Positions 13,226 to 26,598 of a stretch of DNA of 64,000 nucleotides are shown here, piece by piece (positions within the stretch are counted from its first letter, which is position 1; every line of letters begins with the position of its first letter). The translations under genes were made by a program, and so were the position numbers. Below the pieces are notes generated by a model. That model worked only from the letters and a program-made list of their open reading frames with translations, searched no databases and had not been told where the DNA came from. Source of the DNA: Chiloscyllium plagiosum (taxonomy: Eukaryota); NCBI RefSeq assembly GCF_004010195.1, contig NC_057720.1:15454430-15518429 (forward strand). Direction: 5' to 3'.

Positions 13226-14346
13226 TGTGAAATTGGCCATTTGCCTCAGTGAACATGGCCCATTTACCAACCCATCCATTTCATTCGTTGAGTAACTGAG
13301 GCATTGGTAGTGGAGCAATATCCCCGATCAAACTCCAGGCTAGTGGTGGGTTAAGAATCTCAGGTGAAGCCATGTGAGGGACAGGCCATTAATCTTCTTG
13401 AGATGGGGGGAATTGTCCATGCGGCAAAGGATTTTGAGGGGAGATTGGATAAGAGGAGTACAGGACTGGTTTGGATAAAATGGGCAAGGAAAGGCTGCTC
13501 CCATAGGCTGATGGAAAAAGGACTGGGGGGTGGGGTGTCACAGGTTTCAAGTGTTGGCCAGGAGGGACAAGGGGAATGTGAGTAATTTGTTTTTTTCTAT
13601 GCAGCAAGTGGAGCTCACTTTTCACCAAAGGTGATGGAGGCAGAAAGGCCAAATGTATTCCAAAAGAAAAAAAAATACTTACAAAGGGATGGGAATAAAG
13701 CATGGAAATGGGAATGACCAATGGCTTCATGGACTGAATGGGCTGAATTGCCTCTTTCCGCACTGTAAATGATCCTACAGTTCTCTAATTCTCCTTTCAA
13801 ATGACTCTGCGCGTGATGAGAATGTTAGGTTTGGTTGTGAAGCCCTATGTGGCCAAATAGCCTGTCAGAACTCACTCCCGAGGGCCACACCTTCCTAATA
13901 GCCGCTCGAGAAAAGTTACTGGAGCCGAATGTCCTGGAACCAGGAGAAGTTAATATAATTAACGAGAGAAAAAATAAACATCCAGAAACATTGGAGCATG
14001 GATTGGGGCCTATTTTCTCTGACACATTGCCTAGATTAAGCCTTGGCAGTCTGAGTCTGTAAATAATTCTGCTGGTTTCTGCTCCAGATCTGAAAATAAT
14101 TCACTGATTTGAAGAACATGAAACTGCCATGAAACCAGTCCAGTTTTAACGGTTTGTTGAGCCAGTCTGGGCTCTTTTGTCAACTGTTGGAGTTACACTA
14201 GCCAACAGTTCCAGGCTACTTTAAGACAGTGCTTCTCTACTCAGCTGAACGCTGCAACAACTAGATAAATATAAGTAGCAGCTTTAACACAATAAAAACC
14301 TCACAAGGTGCTTCACATGCAAAATGAGATAACCAGCCATTAACTA

Positions 14347-14690
14347 GTGGTTATCACTGCTGTCTTACAGCACCAGGGGCCTGGGTTTGATTCCAGCCTT
14401 GGGAGACTGTCTATGTGGAGTTTGCACATTCTCTCCGTGTCTGTGTGAGTTTCTGCCAACTGGTCACACTTCCTACCACAGTCCAAAGATGTGCAGGTTA
14501 GGTGGATTGACCATGCTAAATTGCCCATAGAGTCCTGGGTTGTGCAGGTTAGGTGGATTGACCAGGGGGCATGTGGGGTTAAGGGGATAGGGTAAGGGTG
14601 CCGGGTATGAGTGGGATGCCCATTCAGAGGGTCAGTGCAGACTCAGTGGGCTGAATAGCCTCTATCTGCACTTTAGGGAGTCTTGGATTC
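14347..14690 (+). mobile_element. HE1-type SINE
   Basis: gtggttatcactgctg head, B-box-like gggtttgattcc, ccatgctaaattgccc core. Confidence 0.88.
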
Positions 14691-16096
14691 TATAGCGAGA
14701 CATGAGGGCAAGAGACCGAATGCCTGGTGATAGAAGTAGACGTTTTAATGTCTTTGAACATCTTAAAAGGAAGAAATTGAGTTAGCGAGACAGAGGGAAA
14801 GTGTTGCTTCAATCTAGGATTGCAGGTAGAGTCAGAGATAGGTTACTGGAAGAGAAATTTATTTTTCACAAGATCCACACATCCTCACCTAACCCTCTCG
14901 ACATGTCCACCCTGGATGTGTGTAGGTACAATTACCAATAAAAATAAAGGATTTTAAAAAGTTTCATTGTTGTCAATGACCCTCTCATTAACATAAGGCA
15001 GTAACCTGGCTGTGCATGGGTTAGTTTTGAATCCTAGTGAGAAAGTCAGTAGAGAAACAAATCATTTGGTTCCTCCAAGTCTGGCCTGGTATTTTTGAAA
15101 GGAATCTTTTGGGTTAACTCTCCCTGACCTGTTTGCTCCCAAGCCCCTTCATGATAAGATCAGTGTGAAATACAGGCCCATTTCATTAGCACTCCCTCAT
15201 ACTCAGTTACTGGTCTGTAAGTGTGTTTGTGCAAAATAAATATGCAGAGACTGGAGAGGAACAGGCAGATCCTACATCTGTTACTAAATGCAAGAGAGAA
15301 TCTGCCTGTTCCATACTTGCTTCTTCCTAATGAGCTAAGTGCATTTGATACAAACAGTTGACTGCTGTGAAATAGTTTGAAACAGGACTACCTCCCTTTC
15401 AAATGTTTGAGCTCACTTTTGGGTTTTTGATAAATGTCAAAGCTGACTGTGGATACCTTCCCTTCTACCTGAAATGTAAATGTATTCTTTGCAGAGCAGT
15501 TGTGAGTTTGCAATGAACAGCAACTATATGCTTTGTAGATTCCAGCCTCGCTACTGCACCAGGAATTCCAAGCAAATAAAAATTATCGTAACTTGTGAAC
15601 AGTTTTTTAGCCTTTGAAGTCGTTTGGTTTTGTTGAGAATGAAACAAAGGCTTTTTTCTTAATTTTGTGGCTTTTACATCAGGACACTAGGGGGCAGCAT
15701 ATCATCGGTGGTCAGGGCTCAGAAGCAATCACAAACTCCAAGATCCTAAAAGCAGCTGGTGCTAAATGCATCTGCTTGTGCCATTTCTTTATTTTTCAAT
15801 TAGACAAAATACGATTCATACCTTTAATTCAGGTTGTACGTTTATTGATTTCGCTCAGCTTTGGGCTGCAAAATCTCAAGCTTGTATTCCTGCTGTCAGG
15901 GAGAATTCTGGGTGAATTTGTAGGAGAAAAGGCCTTCACTGTGTGGGAAAGCAATGTTGCTTCATCGTTGAAATAAGGGCATCTCAACTTGGGCTGACTT
16001 CCTTCAGGAGCGTATACCCCAACCAAATCCTGCCTTTTCAAACTAATGTGCTGTCAACATGTATTTTATTCTTTGACTGTCGCAACATGCATGTAA

Positions 16097-16406
16097 CAGG
16101 TACACAATCCTTTATCCGAAATCCTTGGGGGCAGTTGTTTTTCGAAATTCGGAATTTTTTGGATTTCGGAATGGATGACATTTTCACTGTGAAATTTTTT
16201 TTAAAAATCACCTAACACGCTGATGCATGTGTGAACAGTATGAGCGCTGAAACACCAGTGCTGATCCACGCTGCCATGTCACATCTGAGTGACATAGTTT
16301 GAATGGGTGTGGAATTGGGTCACCTGTTCGCATGCCAAAATGGCGCTCCCCACTCCACGAAAACAATTTCGGATTTCGGAATTTCGGATAAAGGATTGTG
16401 TACCTG
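16097..16406. mobile_element. Tigger/pogo-like (MER46-like) MITE
   Basis: Perfect 26-bp TIR caggtacacaatcctttatccgaaat at 16097-16122 and 16381-16406; TA on the right flank; subterminal tttcgga repeats. Confidence 0.88.
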
Positions 16407-16482
16407 TAGTAGAATATAGACTCCCGTCTTGTTCTCAAACTTACCTCTGACAGACTTTAAATCAGTCAGAGGTTTCTTTGTA

Positions 16483-17135
16483 AGTACTGAAAGCAAAAAA
16501 TGCTGGAATTCCTGATGAAGGGCTTTTGCCCGAAACATCGATTTTCCTGCTCCTCGGATGCTGCCTGAACTGCTGTGCTCTTCCAGCATCACTAATCCAG
16601 AATCTGGTTTCCAGCATCTGCAGTCATTGTTTTTAGATTAGATTAGATTACATTATGATTAGATTACATTACAGCGTGGAAACAGGCCCTTCGGCCCAAC
16701 AAGTCCACGCCTACCCGCCGAAGCGCAACCCACCCATACCCCTACATTTACCCCTTACCTAACACTACGGGCAATTTAGTATGGCCAATTCACCTGACCC
16801 TGCACATCTTTGGACTGTGGGAGAAAACCGGAGCACCCGGAGGAAACCCATGCAGACACGGGGAGAACGTGCAAACTCCACACAGTCAGTCGCCTGAGGC
16901 GGGAATTGAACCCGGGTCTCAGGCGCTGTGAGGCAGCAGTGCTAACCACTGTGCCACCGTGCCGCCCAGCTAACATTTCACATATAGTTGATACTTCATC
17001 TGAGCTCTGATAAAGAGTCACCTGGATTGAAACATCACCCTGTTCTCTCTCCATGGATGCTGCCTGACCCGCTGTGATCTCCAGCTTTTTTTAAATTTTC
17101 GGTACAGATTCCAGCATCTACAGTAAACTGCGCCT
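16483..17135. mobile_element. Palindromic Penelope-derived element (family D) with nested family B end and HE1
   Basis: TSD tttctttgta at 16473-16482 and 17136-17145; centre gagctc at ~17002-17007; nested B arm ~16507-16634. Confidence 0.75.
16635..16966 (-). mobile_element. HE1-type SINE, young copy
   Basis: CpG-rich full head (ggcggcacggtggcacagtggttagc; gggttcaattcc) and (gatta)n tail. Confidence 0.95.
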
Positions 17136-17244
17136 TTTCTTTGTATTTCACAGGCTTCTAAATTGATAAACTGGAACAGACTGAGTCCAACATTCAACCC
17201 AGTGAAAGGGAACCTGTACATCAATGAGAAGATGTTTTTACTCC

Positions 17245-17683
17245 AAAGGATTTGAGCAAAAGGGAGAGGCTGAATAGGCTGGGGCTGTTTTCCCTGGAGC
17301 ATCGGAGGATAACAGTGACCTCATAGAGATTTATATGAGGGGCATGGATAGAATAAATAGACAACGTCTTTTCCCTGGGGTGGGGGAGTCCAGAACTAGA
17401 GGGCATAGGTTTAGGGTGAGAGGGGAAAGATATAAAAGTGACGTCAGGGACAACTTTTTCATGCAGAGGATGGTACGTGTATGGAATAAGCTGCCAGAGG
17501 AAGTGTTGGTGGCTAGTACAATTACACCAATTGAAAGGCATCTGGATGAGTATGTGAATAGGAAGGGTTTAGCGGGATGTGGGCCAAGTGCAGGCAAAAG
17601 GGAGTTGATTAGTTTAGGATATCTGCTTGGCATTGATGAGTTGGAGCGAAGGGTCTGTTTCCATGCTGTACATCTCTATGACT
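17245..17683 (+). mobile_element. CR1/HER1-type LINE 3' fragment
   Basis: ORF 17335-17691 RTRGHRFRV..FFMQRMVRVWNKLP. Confidence 0.92.
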
Positions 17684-19394
17684 TGATGTAAGAGGATGTG
17701 TTCAGCATATTTAATGGTATCACTCCATCATTCTGCACTTTGGCAATAAAACATACATCAAAAATGTGCAGGTCACAGACAAGAGGGAGAGGACTGCATG
17801 AATCTTACTGTTCTTCGCTTCTGTCTGTAACAGAGGTGAGTTTTGAATTTCCTTTTCTTAATTTCTTTTCAATTTTGAAATTTAAAGGTGTTACCCCTAG
17901 CCCTGTTTGTTAAGTTCAGTTTCCAATGATCCACAGTATGTTTTTTAAGGTGGAAACAAAGGAAATTTTATTACTACATTCAAACCCAGGGGAATTGTTT
18001 GTGACACAAATTCACATACCCAAGCATCCAAGGAAGACAGGAAGACAGGAAAAAGATAAAAGTTACAGATCACAAATTTCCTAAAATCAGTGATATCAGA
18101 ATAAGTTCACATGAACTAAAGAGTCTTAAAAAACAGTGTTTTGCAGAATTTCTTTCAGTGGGCAAAGTATAGAAGTCACATTTGGAGGACCTGGGATGCT
18201 GTCGAACTATTGTGAAAGTATTGTAATTGACTGGGAACTGGATGACTTCACAGGCCAAACGCAGGTCTCTTTCCTGACTTTAGATTTTCGAGAGATATCG
18301 AGGTCAGAAGCAAACATTTGGCTAAGCTTGGAGCTGCTTACTGTTCTGGTGTTACTGCCAGATTGCTCAACAAAGGGCAGAATTGTTTGGGGTTGAAGAT
18401 GATTAAAACAACGCAACAGTTTCAGTCTAAAACTTCAGAATGAAGCACTCAGCTAACAAATGGATTTGATATCACTCTATCTAAGCTATTGTGCTTTGAT
18501 GCCAACAGCTATGGAAGGATCTGCAACGAGGCAAGTAATAATGGGATTTAATGATTCCCTTTGTTTAGAACTGGCTGAGGTAGACATCTTACCTGCTGGT
18601 CCTTTGTATTTGCTTGGCTGAAATGTTCTTATAATGCCAGCACATTCCAGAAAGTGATGAGTTCACTTTCATCCTGGTAACTGCTGGAAATTTCAGGAAG
18701 CACTCGATTTGATTATTCCATATTCCATTTACAAAAAAAATCTGGCAAAAGTCAATTTATAAAAATGAATGTACTTTCTTTCGGAACATATCAAGCTTCC
18801 CTCTTCCTGTCAATGGAATGGCAAATAAGCCATCAGGGTAATCAGCATGGGAGGTTCTTAAAGTACCTCAGCATCTTAGGAGGAGGTGAGGTGAGTACAC
18901 GAATGAGCACACTTGTACACTGAACAAACAATCAAGTTGTAAAATTGACCTCATTAATTCTGGTTATTTGTGGACTGGCTGCCTTAAACTGAATTAATTC
19001 ACTAGCTTCACACCTACATTCTCTGGTTCAAAGCTGCTCTGGTTCAAAGCTACCTGATAAGATTGACCACTCATATCCTCGGGAGTGACATTATAAACCA
19101 TTTATCTGTGTTAAAAGAAGCTTTACTCATTAAGGTTGTGTACCAACAATCTCGGGGAGCTGTTAGATTTCAGGAGAGTTGATCTCTATGCAATGGAGTT
19201 TGATGCAGGGGGAGTGCAGAATGATTTTGACTTTGCTGATATTGAGTTTTGAACATTCTTCCTCGCTGAGTCTTCCTTTTTTACTTACCTTTTCCTAGCA
19301 CTGAGTATATTAGTGGCTCCACTGAATTCACACTAAATTTGTTTTAATCCTGTGACATTTCGCTCTCATTCAGTAACACAATGTGAGAATAGAT

Positions 19395-19676
19395 GGCACG
19401 GTGGCTAGCACTGCTGCCTCACAGCACCAGGGTCCCAGGTTCAATTCCAGCCTCGGGTGACTGTCTGTGTGAAGTTTGCACATTCTCCCCATGTCTGTGT
19501 GGGTTTCCTCCCACAGTCCAAAGATGTGCAGGTCAGGTGAATTGGCCATACTAAATTGCCCATGGTGTTAGGTGCATCATTCAGAGGGAAATGGGTTTCG
19601 GTAGGTTACTCTTCAGAGGGTCGGTGTGGACTTGTTGGGCTGAAGGGCCTTTTTCTACACTGTATGGAATCTAATC
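19395..19676 (+). mobile_element. HE1-type SINE
   Basis: ggcacggtggctagcactgctgcc...ggttcaattcc...ggaatctaatc. Confidence 0.9.
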
Positions 19677-19994
19677 AAAATATTTTAGAATGATTAAGCC
19701 CCTTAGACTATGTGGTGAGTGTACAAGCTGGTTTTGTCCCTTTCAGCTGCCTCCCCATCTGTAATACTTGCTTCTTGTTCCAGCTACATGAATGCAAGAG
19801 GCACCCTCAGAGAAACCATCAATACCTTTTGCTTTGTAAATGTTGTTGACATATTCTTTGTTTATTACAATCTTCTGGTTGATGTTACATGACCTACTCT
19901 ACAATTCACTGTCCACATGTCTACTCTTTCATGTGCCTCATTACATTTCATAGCAGTTCCTATCCTTGACTGTCTTTGTGATTTTGTTTTACAC

Positions 19995-20325
19995 TCATTC
20001 ATTCACGAGATGTGATGTCTCTGGCTAGGCCAGCATTCATTGCCCACCTCTAATTACCCAGAGGGCAGTTAAGAATCAACCACATTGGGTCTGGAGCCAC
20101 GTGTAATCCAGATCAAGTAAGGAAGCAGTTTCCTTCCCTAAAGGACATTAGTGAACCAGATGGATTTTTCCAACAATCAACAATGGTCATTGTTAGACAA
20201 TTATTTCCAGATTTAAAAAAAAAATTCACTAACTTCCATGGCAGGTTTCAAACCCAGGTCCCGAGCACATTACCTGGGTCTGTGGATTAATAATCTAGCG
20301 ATAACATCACAAAGCCATCATCTCC
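19995..20325 (-). mobile_element. Old tRNA-headed SINE (second family)
   Basis: Homologous to 6415-6965 and 63025-63245; the tcattcattcac tail is shared with LINE ends at 50020-50110 and 61330-61660. Confidence 0.75.
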
Positions 20326-20671
20326 TCTATGAAAGTTATTATGCAAATAGATCAATGGAAGCTCCTACTCATGTGACAAAACCTTGGTCAGGAAGCAATG
20401 CATCATATCCTTGTCTGAGGATATTTCTATTTCTTCCTGAAAACACTTGCAAAGGCTCACAAAAAAGACATCTGTCACTGTCTATGCTCATCCTTGACTG
20501 AAGTACTGAAGCTTCTAAGCTATCTAGTTGAGATTGGATGGCCAACTTGACAGCAGTTTGAACTTGGTTGTTTCTAAAGGTCTAAACACAGACCCACAGA
20601 ATGATTTAAGCACAAAACAAGGCCATTCAGCTCTTTGTGTTAATGCCAGCTCTTTGCAAGAGCAAATCACC

Positions 20672-20760
20672 TACAGAACAACCTTCATTATCCGAACAAA
20701 ACGGATTTGTTCGGATAACTGATTGTTCGGATAACTGATTGTTCGTCTAACTGATCTGAT
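20672..20760. mobile_element. Tigger-like DNA transposon terminus with 16-bp subterminal repeats
   Basis: tacagaacaaccttcattatccgaac TIR-like start; three copies of ttgttcggataactga at 20707-20754. Confidence 0.5.
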
Positions 20761-21461
20761 CGTAAACAAAGGAAACCAGACTGAACATTATTACGTAAAA
20801 AAAGCATGTTTACAGAGTTTTTATTTCATTCAATCGATAAAATGTGTAGAAACACTGGATATTGCTTAAAAATTCATGATATTTTGCAAATAAAATCACT
20901 TTTTGGCGAGAGTTTGACTGAAGTCTGTGAAATGTTTTGCTGACATTTTCCTTGGTTTTAGCCCAATCCTCGACAGCAGCCGGCATCTTTCTGTTCGGTG
21001 TCTTCCCTCCATCCAGACTAACCAATTGTTCTCCCTCCCACTCACCATTTTTACCTCAAATCACCACAAATTCTGCCTCTTCGCATAATTATCTAATTCA
21101 TTAATCTATTACTCTGTCAGGCAGTGCATTCCAGATCACTTCATGCAGATGTTTTTTGCTCAAGTCACTGTTTCGTTTGTTTTGCCAGTCATAGTGGTGT
21201 TGCGGAAAGCTCTGGAATTTGGGTGATTATGTTCATCAACTTCTTCCATGTTTAATCTTCTTTGAGACCAAAACTAACTCATGTAATCTCTTCAAGAGCA
21301 GGTGAAATCCTGGTCTCCAAAAGATTTACAAAAGGATTGAAGAGTATTCAACTATAATGTTGACCTTTAACTGGTTATGAGGCAATGGTGGGCCATAATC
21401 ATGGGCCCAGTTGAAATATTGCAGTTTGGGAATGGACACATCCAAATTAATGACTCCCTCA

Positions 21462-21772
21462 GAGTGGTTAGCATTGTTGCCCCGCAGCGCCAGGGAACCG
21501 GGTTCAATTCTTGCCTCGGGCGACTGTCTGTGTAGAGTTTGCACATTCTCCCCGTGTCTGTCTTTGGGTGCTCCAGGTTCCTCCTACAATCCAAAGATGT
21601 GCAGGTTAGGGTGGATTGGCCATGCTAAACTGCCCATAGGGTTAGGTGCATTAGTCAGGAGTAAATATAGGGTAGGGAAATGGGCCTGAGTGGATTAGTC
21701 TTCTGAGGGTAGGTGTGGACTTGTTGGGCCGAAGGGCCTGTTTCCGTACTGTAGGAAATCTAATCTAATCTA
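21462..21772 (+). mobile_element. HE1-type SINE
   Basis: agtggttagcattg head, gggttcaattc, (tctaa)n tail. Confidence 0.9.
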
Positions 21773-21914
21773 TCTTGGCAAAAGATCTATATTCTCTTTT
21801 TCACTTGTTCTGTTTAAAATGTGTCAACAAAGGGGAGCTGAGTCAATGAAAATAACTGTTATTTAACTCTGTTTAAACAAGCTAGGACACACTGCAACAC
21901 CTCAGAGCCTTGCA

Positions 21915-22900
21915 AAAAAAAGAAAAGGAACACCGATACAAAGTCTTGGTACCCTAACAGCTTCATCTGCCAATGCCTGGCATACAAATAATGCCAAGAA
22001 GGCACTGAGTGCCCCAACACATTTACCACCCTACCCTATGTGAGAATTTACTACAAAGCTCCTACATCCTCTGGGAATAATGACAGCACATAAACCCACA
22101 GCCACACTTCACCAGCTACTACCCAAGAGCCCCTACCCACAACATGCAGAACGAATGTGATATACAAAATACCATGCAGCGACTGTGAGAAACATTACAT
22201 AGGACAAACAGGCAGGAATCTCATCATCAGAATCCATGAACATCAGCTTGCAGCAAAATGATATGACCAGTCCTCCCTCATATCATATAGACTAACAATG
22301 CAGGACACCAATTCAGCTGGGACAATGTTATGACGCAGGGACTAGGCTGAACAAAGACAAGCTCGGAAATTCCTGGATGCCTGGGTATTCATCCACTGGT
22401 GCTATAAAGAACAAAGAACGAAGAACAAAGAAAATTACAGCACAGGAACAGGCCATTGGCCCTCCAAGACTGCGCTGATGCAAATTTTATAATTAAACCT
22501 GTCGCCTATTTTCTAAGGACCTGTATCCCTCTGCTTCCTGCCCATTTATGTACCTGTCTAGATGCATTTTAAATTACGTTATTGTGCCCGACTCTACCGT
22601 CTCTGCTGGCAACACGTTTCAGGCACCCACCACCCTCTGCGTAAAGAACTTTCCACGCGTATCTCCCTTAAACTTTTCCCCTCTCACTTTGAACACGTTG
22701 AAATGGAACCCATCTCCAGACCATTGCAGCACAAATCCGGAAGTGAAACCACCCACCATGACAGTCAGAACCATATCAATTCTGGACAGATCACAACAAC
22801 AGCACTTCAGGCTACACAGCACTGAAGATGTCACCCAGTCAGGGGACGAAGCACTTGCAAAAAAATATCAACCAGCTCAGTGAACCAACCAACAACTCCA
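21915..22900 (+). mobile_element. Penelope-like element 3' part (Poseidon-type GIY-YIG), family C'
   Basis: ~22155-22260 reads NVIYKIPCSDCEKHYIGQTGRNLIIRIHEHQLAAK; terminal gcactgaagatgtcacccagtcaggggacgaag hammerhead remnant at ~22819-22858. Confidence 0.88.
22405..22695 (-). mobile_element. CR1-type LINE 3' end nested in the Penelope-like element
   Basis: (aagaacaa)n tail; GDTRGKFFTQRVVGA in ORF 22619-22834. Confidence 0.85.
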
Positions 22901-24196
22901 ATAACTGTTATTCCTCAAACTATCCAAAGCAATTTGCTGTGTCTCTATCACCCAATATGGTCAAAAGGCTTTTGCTCCATCTTCCTTCTGAAGAACCTAC
23001 AAAATCCCCTTGTATTTGAGCAACTTATTACTCCATTTCTTCCAAAAAACGATTATTGACGACATTTGCTGTATTTCACTTTGAGTCAGGTTATGATGTC
23101 AACTGGAGTACATCTAAGATAATCCTGCTGACAAAGATCAAATTCTCTTCCAGCCTTGGTCCCATTTCCTGTAGTGGCATTGAATTCTTGGACATTAAAT
23201 GTATCCGGACGAGGGGAAACCTTTAGCTACAGTAAAGTCTATAGCTTTCTCCGTGCAAAATGCAACCTAACCTGGAGACGTGGGCTCGATTCATATTTTG
23301 TTCTGAGGTAGCACAAAAACCTTCAGAAAAGTTGCACAAACGGAAAGATCTCTTTTCCCATTATCTAACCTGTGAATTTCCTGGCTGAGAAATAACAGAT
23401 GCCTGATCTTGAAGCTTGGGGACAGTCGAGGTAGACAGGCAAGAATGTATTAGATCGTTTCAAAAATAAGGCGATGAAGAAATAGCATTAAAGGTTGGGG
23501 CTTCTACATTCTTCCCAGATGCTATTAGGAAGAATGTTCTCAAGGCACTTTGATTTGTTGGTCTCATTCTTCATTGGTTATTCTGTGCATCTGTTCAATA
23601 TGTTTCATTTCAATATGTTGTGGCTTGTCCCATGATAAAATGACTTTGATCTCTTCTGATACATGCTTGTGGTAAGTTGAAAGTACCCAGGGAAGACTCT
23701 GGGCCTGACAAATGCTGCTTTCCTGAGTTACTTGACTTAGTCTTATTTAAGGCCTTGTTTTCCCTTGGGTCTAATGAAATTTGGGAACAGACCAAAGCTA
23801 TGTAACCTCTGCCCTACTATTCAATGAAATAATTTCTGATCAGCTCTATGAATATATTTACTCACCCTATTTGTGTATCTCTTGATAATGTTACTAAACA
23901 GATGTCTATGCTTCCAGTCCTGCAAGTTTCATTTGCCTCAGCAAGGAGTATGACTTTCACTAGAAATGGGTATACTCTATTTGACATTCAGTCATTGGCA
24001 GAATGGGAGACTGCATATTAATGAGGTGAGATTAAGTAATATTGAGATGTTAAGGCATGCTAATGGGCCTTGTCCACTTTCAATTGAGAATCCTGTCTGG
24101 CTGTCCACCTCTTGGTTGGAGAAGGGTTACATGTGATTTTCGCCAATTTTCTTGCCCATGGCTCACATCGTCCAGGAGTTGGGAATATTCCACCTT

Positions 24197-24530
24197 TAGA
24201 TTCGTAGAATTCCTACAATGTGGAAACAGGCCCTTCAGCCCAACAAGTCCACACCAACCATCCGAAGAGTTACCCACCCAAATCCATTCCCCAACATTTA
24301 CCCCTGACTAATGCACCTAACCTACACATCCCTAAACACCATGGGCAATTTAGCTTGGCTAATTCACCTGACCTGCACATCTTTGGATTGTGGGGAGGGA
24401 AGCCAGTGCACCCGGAGGAAACCCACAAAAACACGGGGAGAATGCACAAACTCCACACAGACACTTGCCCGAGGCTGGAATCAAACCGGGGTCCCTGAAG
24501 CTGTGGTAACCGCTGAGTCACCGTGCTGCC
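24197..24530 (-). mobile_element. HE1-type SINE
   Basis: Same core and tail as other copies. Confidence 0.88.
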
Positions 24531-25729
24531 ACATGTTTCTGAGAAACGTAACAGACATGACAAAATGAATCTTGCACATGAATAAATCCCGACTTACTTA
24601 TAAAACATTGCCTGCCGTCAGTGGTTTATTGTCTTTGTAATACACAAATTGTGGGATTTATAAAAATTTAAGGCATCATCAAAAACATTCCAGAAAACTT
24701 GGACTGATATCGGTGTGCTTTAAACTTCATTAAACAGATGCTTAGCTTTGCACTCAAGGCTCAGAGCAAAGAAATATGTTTGAAGCAGATGATCGTACCC
24801 GTACTGTTCAGCAAATATCTCTTTGTGTGTTTTTATGTCGTACTCCTTTAGAACAGGGGGCATTAAAGAGATTCAGCAACCCAGCAAATCATCAGGCAAT
24901 TAGTGTTACCAGACACGCCCAATACATTTAAATGTTAACAGTGTTGGAATTGTGTGCTTTTGAATACATTGTAAGGGCTTTATTAAAGTAACATATACTG
25001 TGAATGTCACTTGCCCTAATTGAGGACATCGGGATGCCTGCTGAATTCCCTTCTCTTGGTTCAGATCTTTCTGTAATGTATGCATTCCTTCCCCTGCTGC
25101 TAGAATTTGCTCTCATTATGAGTCAGCTTTGTCACTGATTTGCATTTTGAGTGTCAAGCTACTGGTACATTGGCTAGCCTGCTTAGAACAGCACTTCAAG
25201 TGGCTTGCAATATCAAACAAATGTTTCAGGATGACGAGGTGACAAGCCCTTCTGACTGTCACAAGAAGCTGTACTATCATCAAACAGATTAATTGGAGCC
25301 GTAATCATTTTATTTTTCTGTAGTTGAGTGAGGTGCGTAGATCTTTTGACTTCTTATTATCAGTTTGACCAATATGGCAAACTTTTGGTTTTGTAATCAT
25401 CAGCGTTAATTATTTCGAACAGACTGTTTGAGGAAAAATAACTCATTCCATTGTACTCTTTCTCCTGTGTTCACTGATCAAGTATGGATTCAGTTGTGAA
25501 CATTATAAGAGAATCCATTACTTTTGCATCCATCAAACGTAAGCCAGCAATCGGTAAAAAAAGTAACATTCTGGGAATGGAGATTTCTAAGGGGTGTCCA
25601 ATTTGACTGTTCCGGAACATGTGTTACGTTCAATACTACCAATGAACAAGGTCCCTCAAAACAATCAATAATAAAGAAGAACAGTCCAAGAGTTAGCATC
25701 AATTGCAATCAGACACTAACACAGCAAGG

Positions 25730-25732
25730 GAG

Positions 25733-25768
<36 letters not shown>

Positions 25769-25778
25769 AAGAGAGACA
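25730..25778. repeat. (GA)n microsatellite
   Basis: Direct reading. Confidence 0.9.
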
Positions 25779-25927
25779 GGTTTGGTGAAGCTAGCTGTCT
25801 GCGAAAATCTGGATTTTATGCCCTGAAATAAGTGCAAGAGTCCAGTTTTCAGAATTCAGGAAACTGTAAATCAGGGAAAAGAAGGTGAACTACCAACAGG
25901 TGAACTGTTGAGACAATCCATGCTGGA

Positions 25928-26041
25928 ATGACTTGGTGTTGGACTAGGGTGGGCAAAATTAAAAATCACCCAACACCAGGTTATAGTCCAACTGGTTTGT
26001 TTGGAAGTACTAGCTTTCGGAGCGCCGCTCCTTCATCAGGT
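25928..26041 (-). mobile_element. Single-arm Penelope-derived end, family A, intact hammerhead core
   Basis: Minus strand ac-ctgatga-a-ggagc-ggc-gctcc-gaaa-gcta-gt at 26009-26041. Confidence 0.85.
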
Positions 26042-26269
26042 TTTTATAGAGTCATAGAGATGTACAACGTAGAAACAGCCCCTTCGGTTCTTCGGTTGTA
26101 TTGCAAACCAGCCATCCAGCCAACTGAGCTAACCACACCCCCACAAATAGTGAATTGAATGATAACTCTGACTTGTATAGTAACGTCTATTTTCTGGACA
26201 ATCATGAAGATTTGAGGCTTTATTCTTTTATATGCACAGTTTGTCTATTAAAAATAAGTATTCAAGAAA

Positions 26270-26598
26270 AGAAGTCATGCTGCAGCTGTACAGGACATTG
26301 GTTTGGCCACTTTTGGAATATTGCGTGCAATTCTGGTTTCCTTCCTATCAGGGATGTTGTGAAACTTGAAAGGGTTCAGAAAAGATTTACAAGGATGTTG
26401 CCAAGGTTGCAGGATTTGAGCGATAGGCAGAGGCTGAACAGGCTGGGGCTGTTGTCCCTGGAGCGTTGGAGGCTGAAGGATGACCTTATGGAGGTTTATA
26501 AAATTATGAGGGGCATGGATAGGATAAATAGACAAAGTATATTCCCTGGGTGGGGGTGTCCAGAACTAGAAGGCATAGGTACATGACTCTATGACTCT
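26270..26598 (+). mobile_element. CR1/HER1-type LINE fragment
   Basis: KLERVQKRFTRMLP in ORF 26155-26586; atgactctatgactcta tail. Confidence 0.9.

Noticed and set aside
13847..14062. 71-aa protein-like ORF
   Set aside because: GTG start, no splice signals and no recognisable family.
16870..16966. A/B boxes as a tRNA gene
   Set aside because: Head of an HE1 SINE, followed by SINE body and LINE-like tail.
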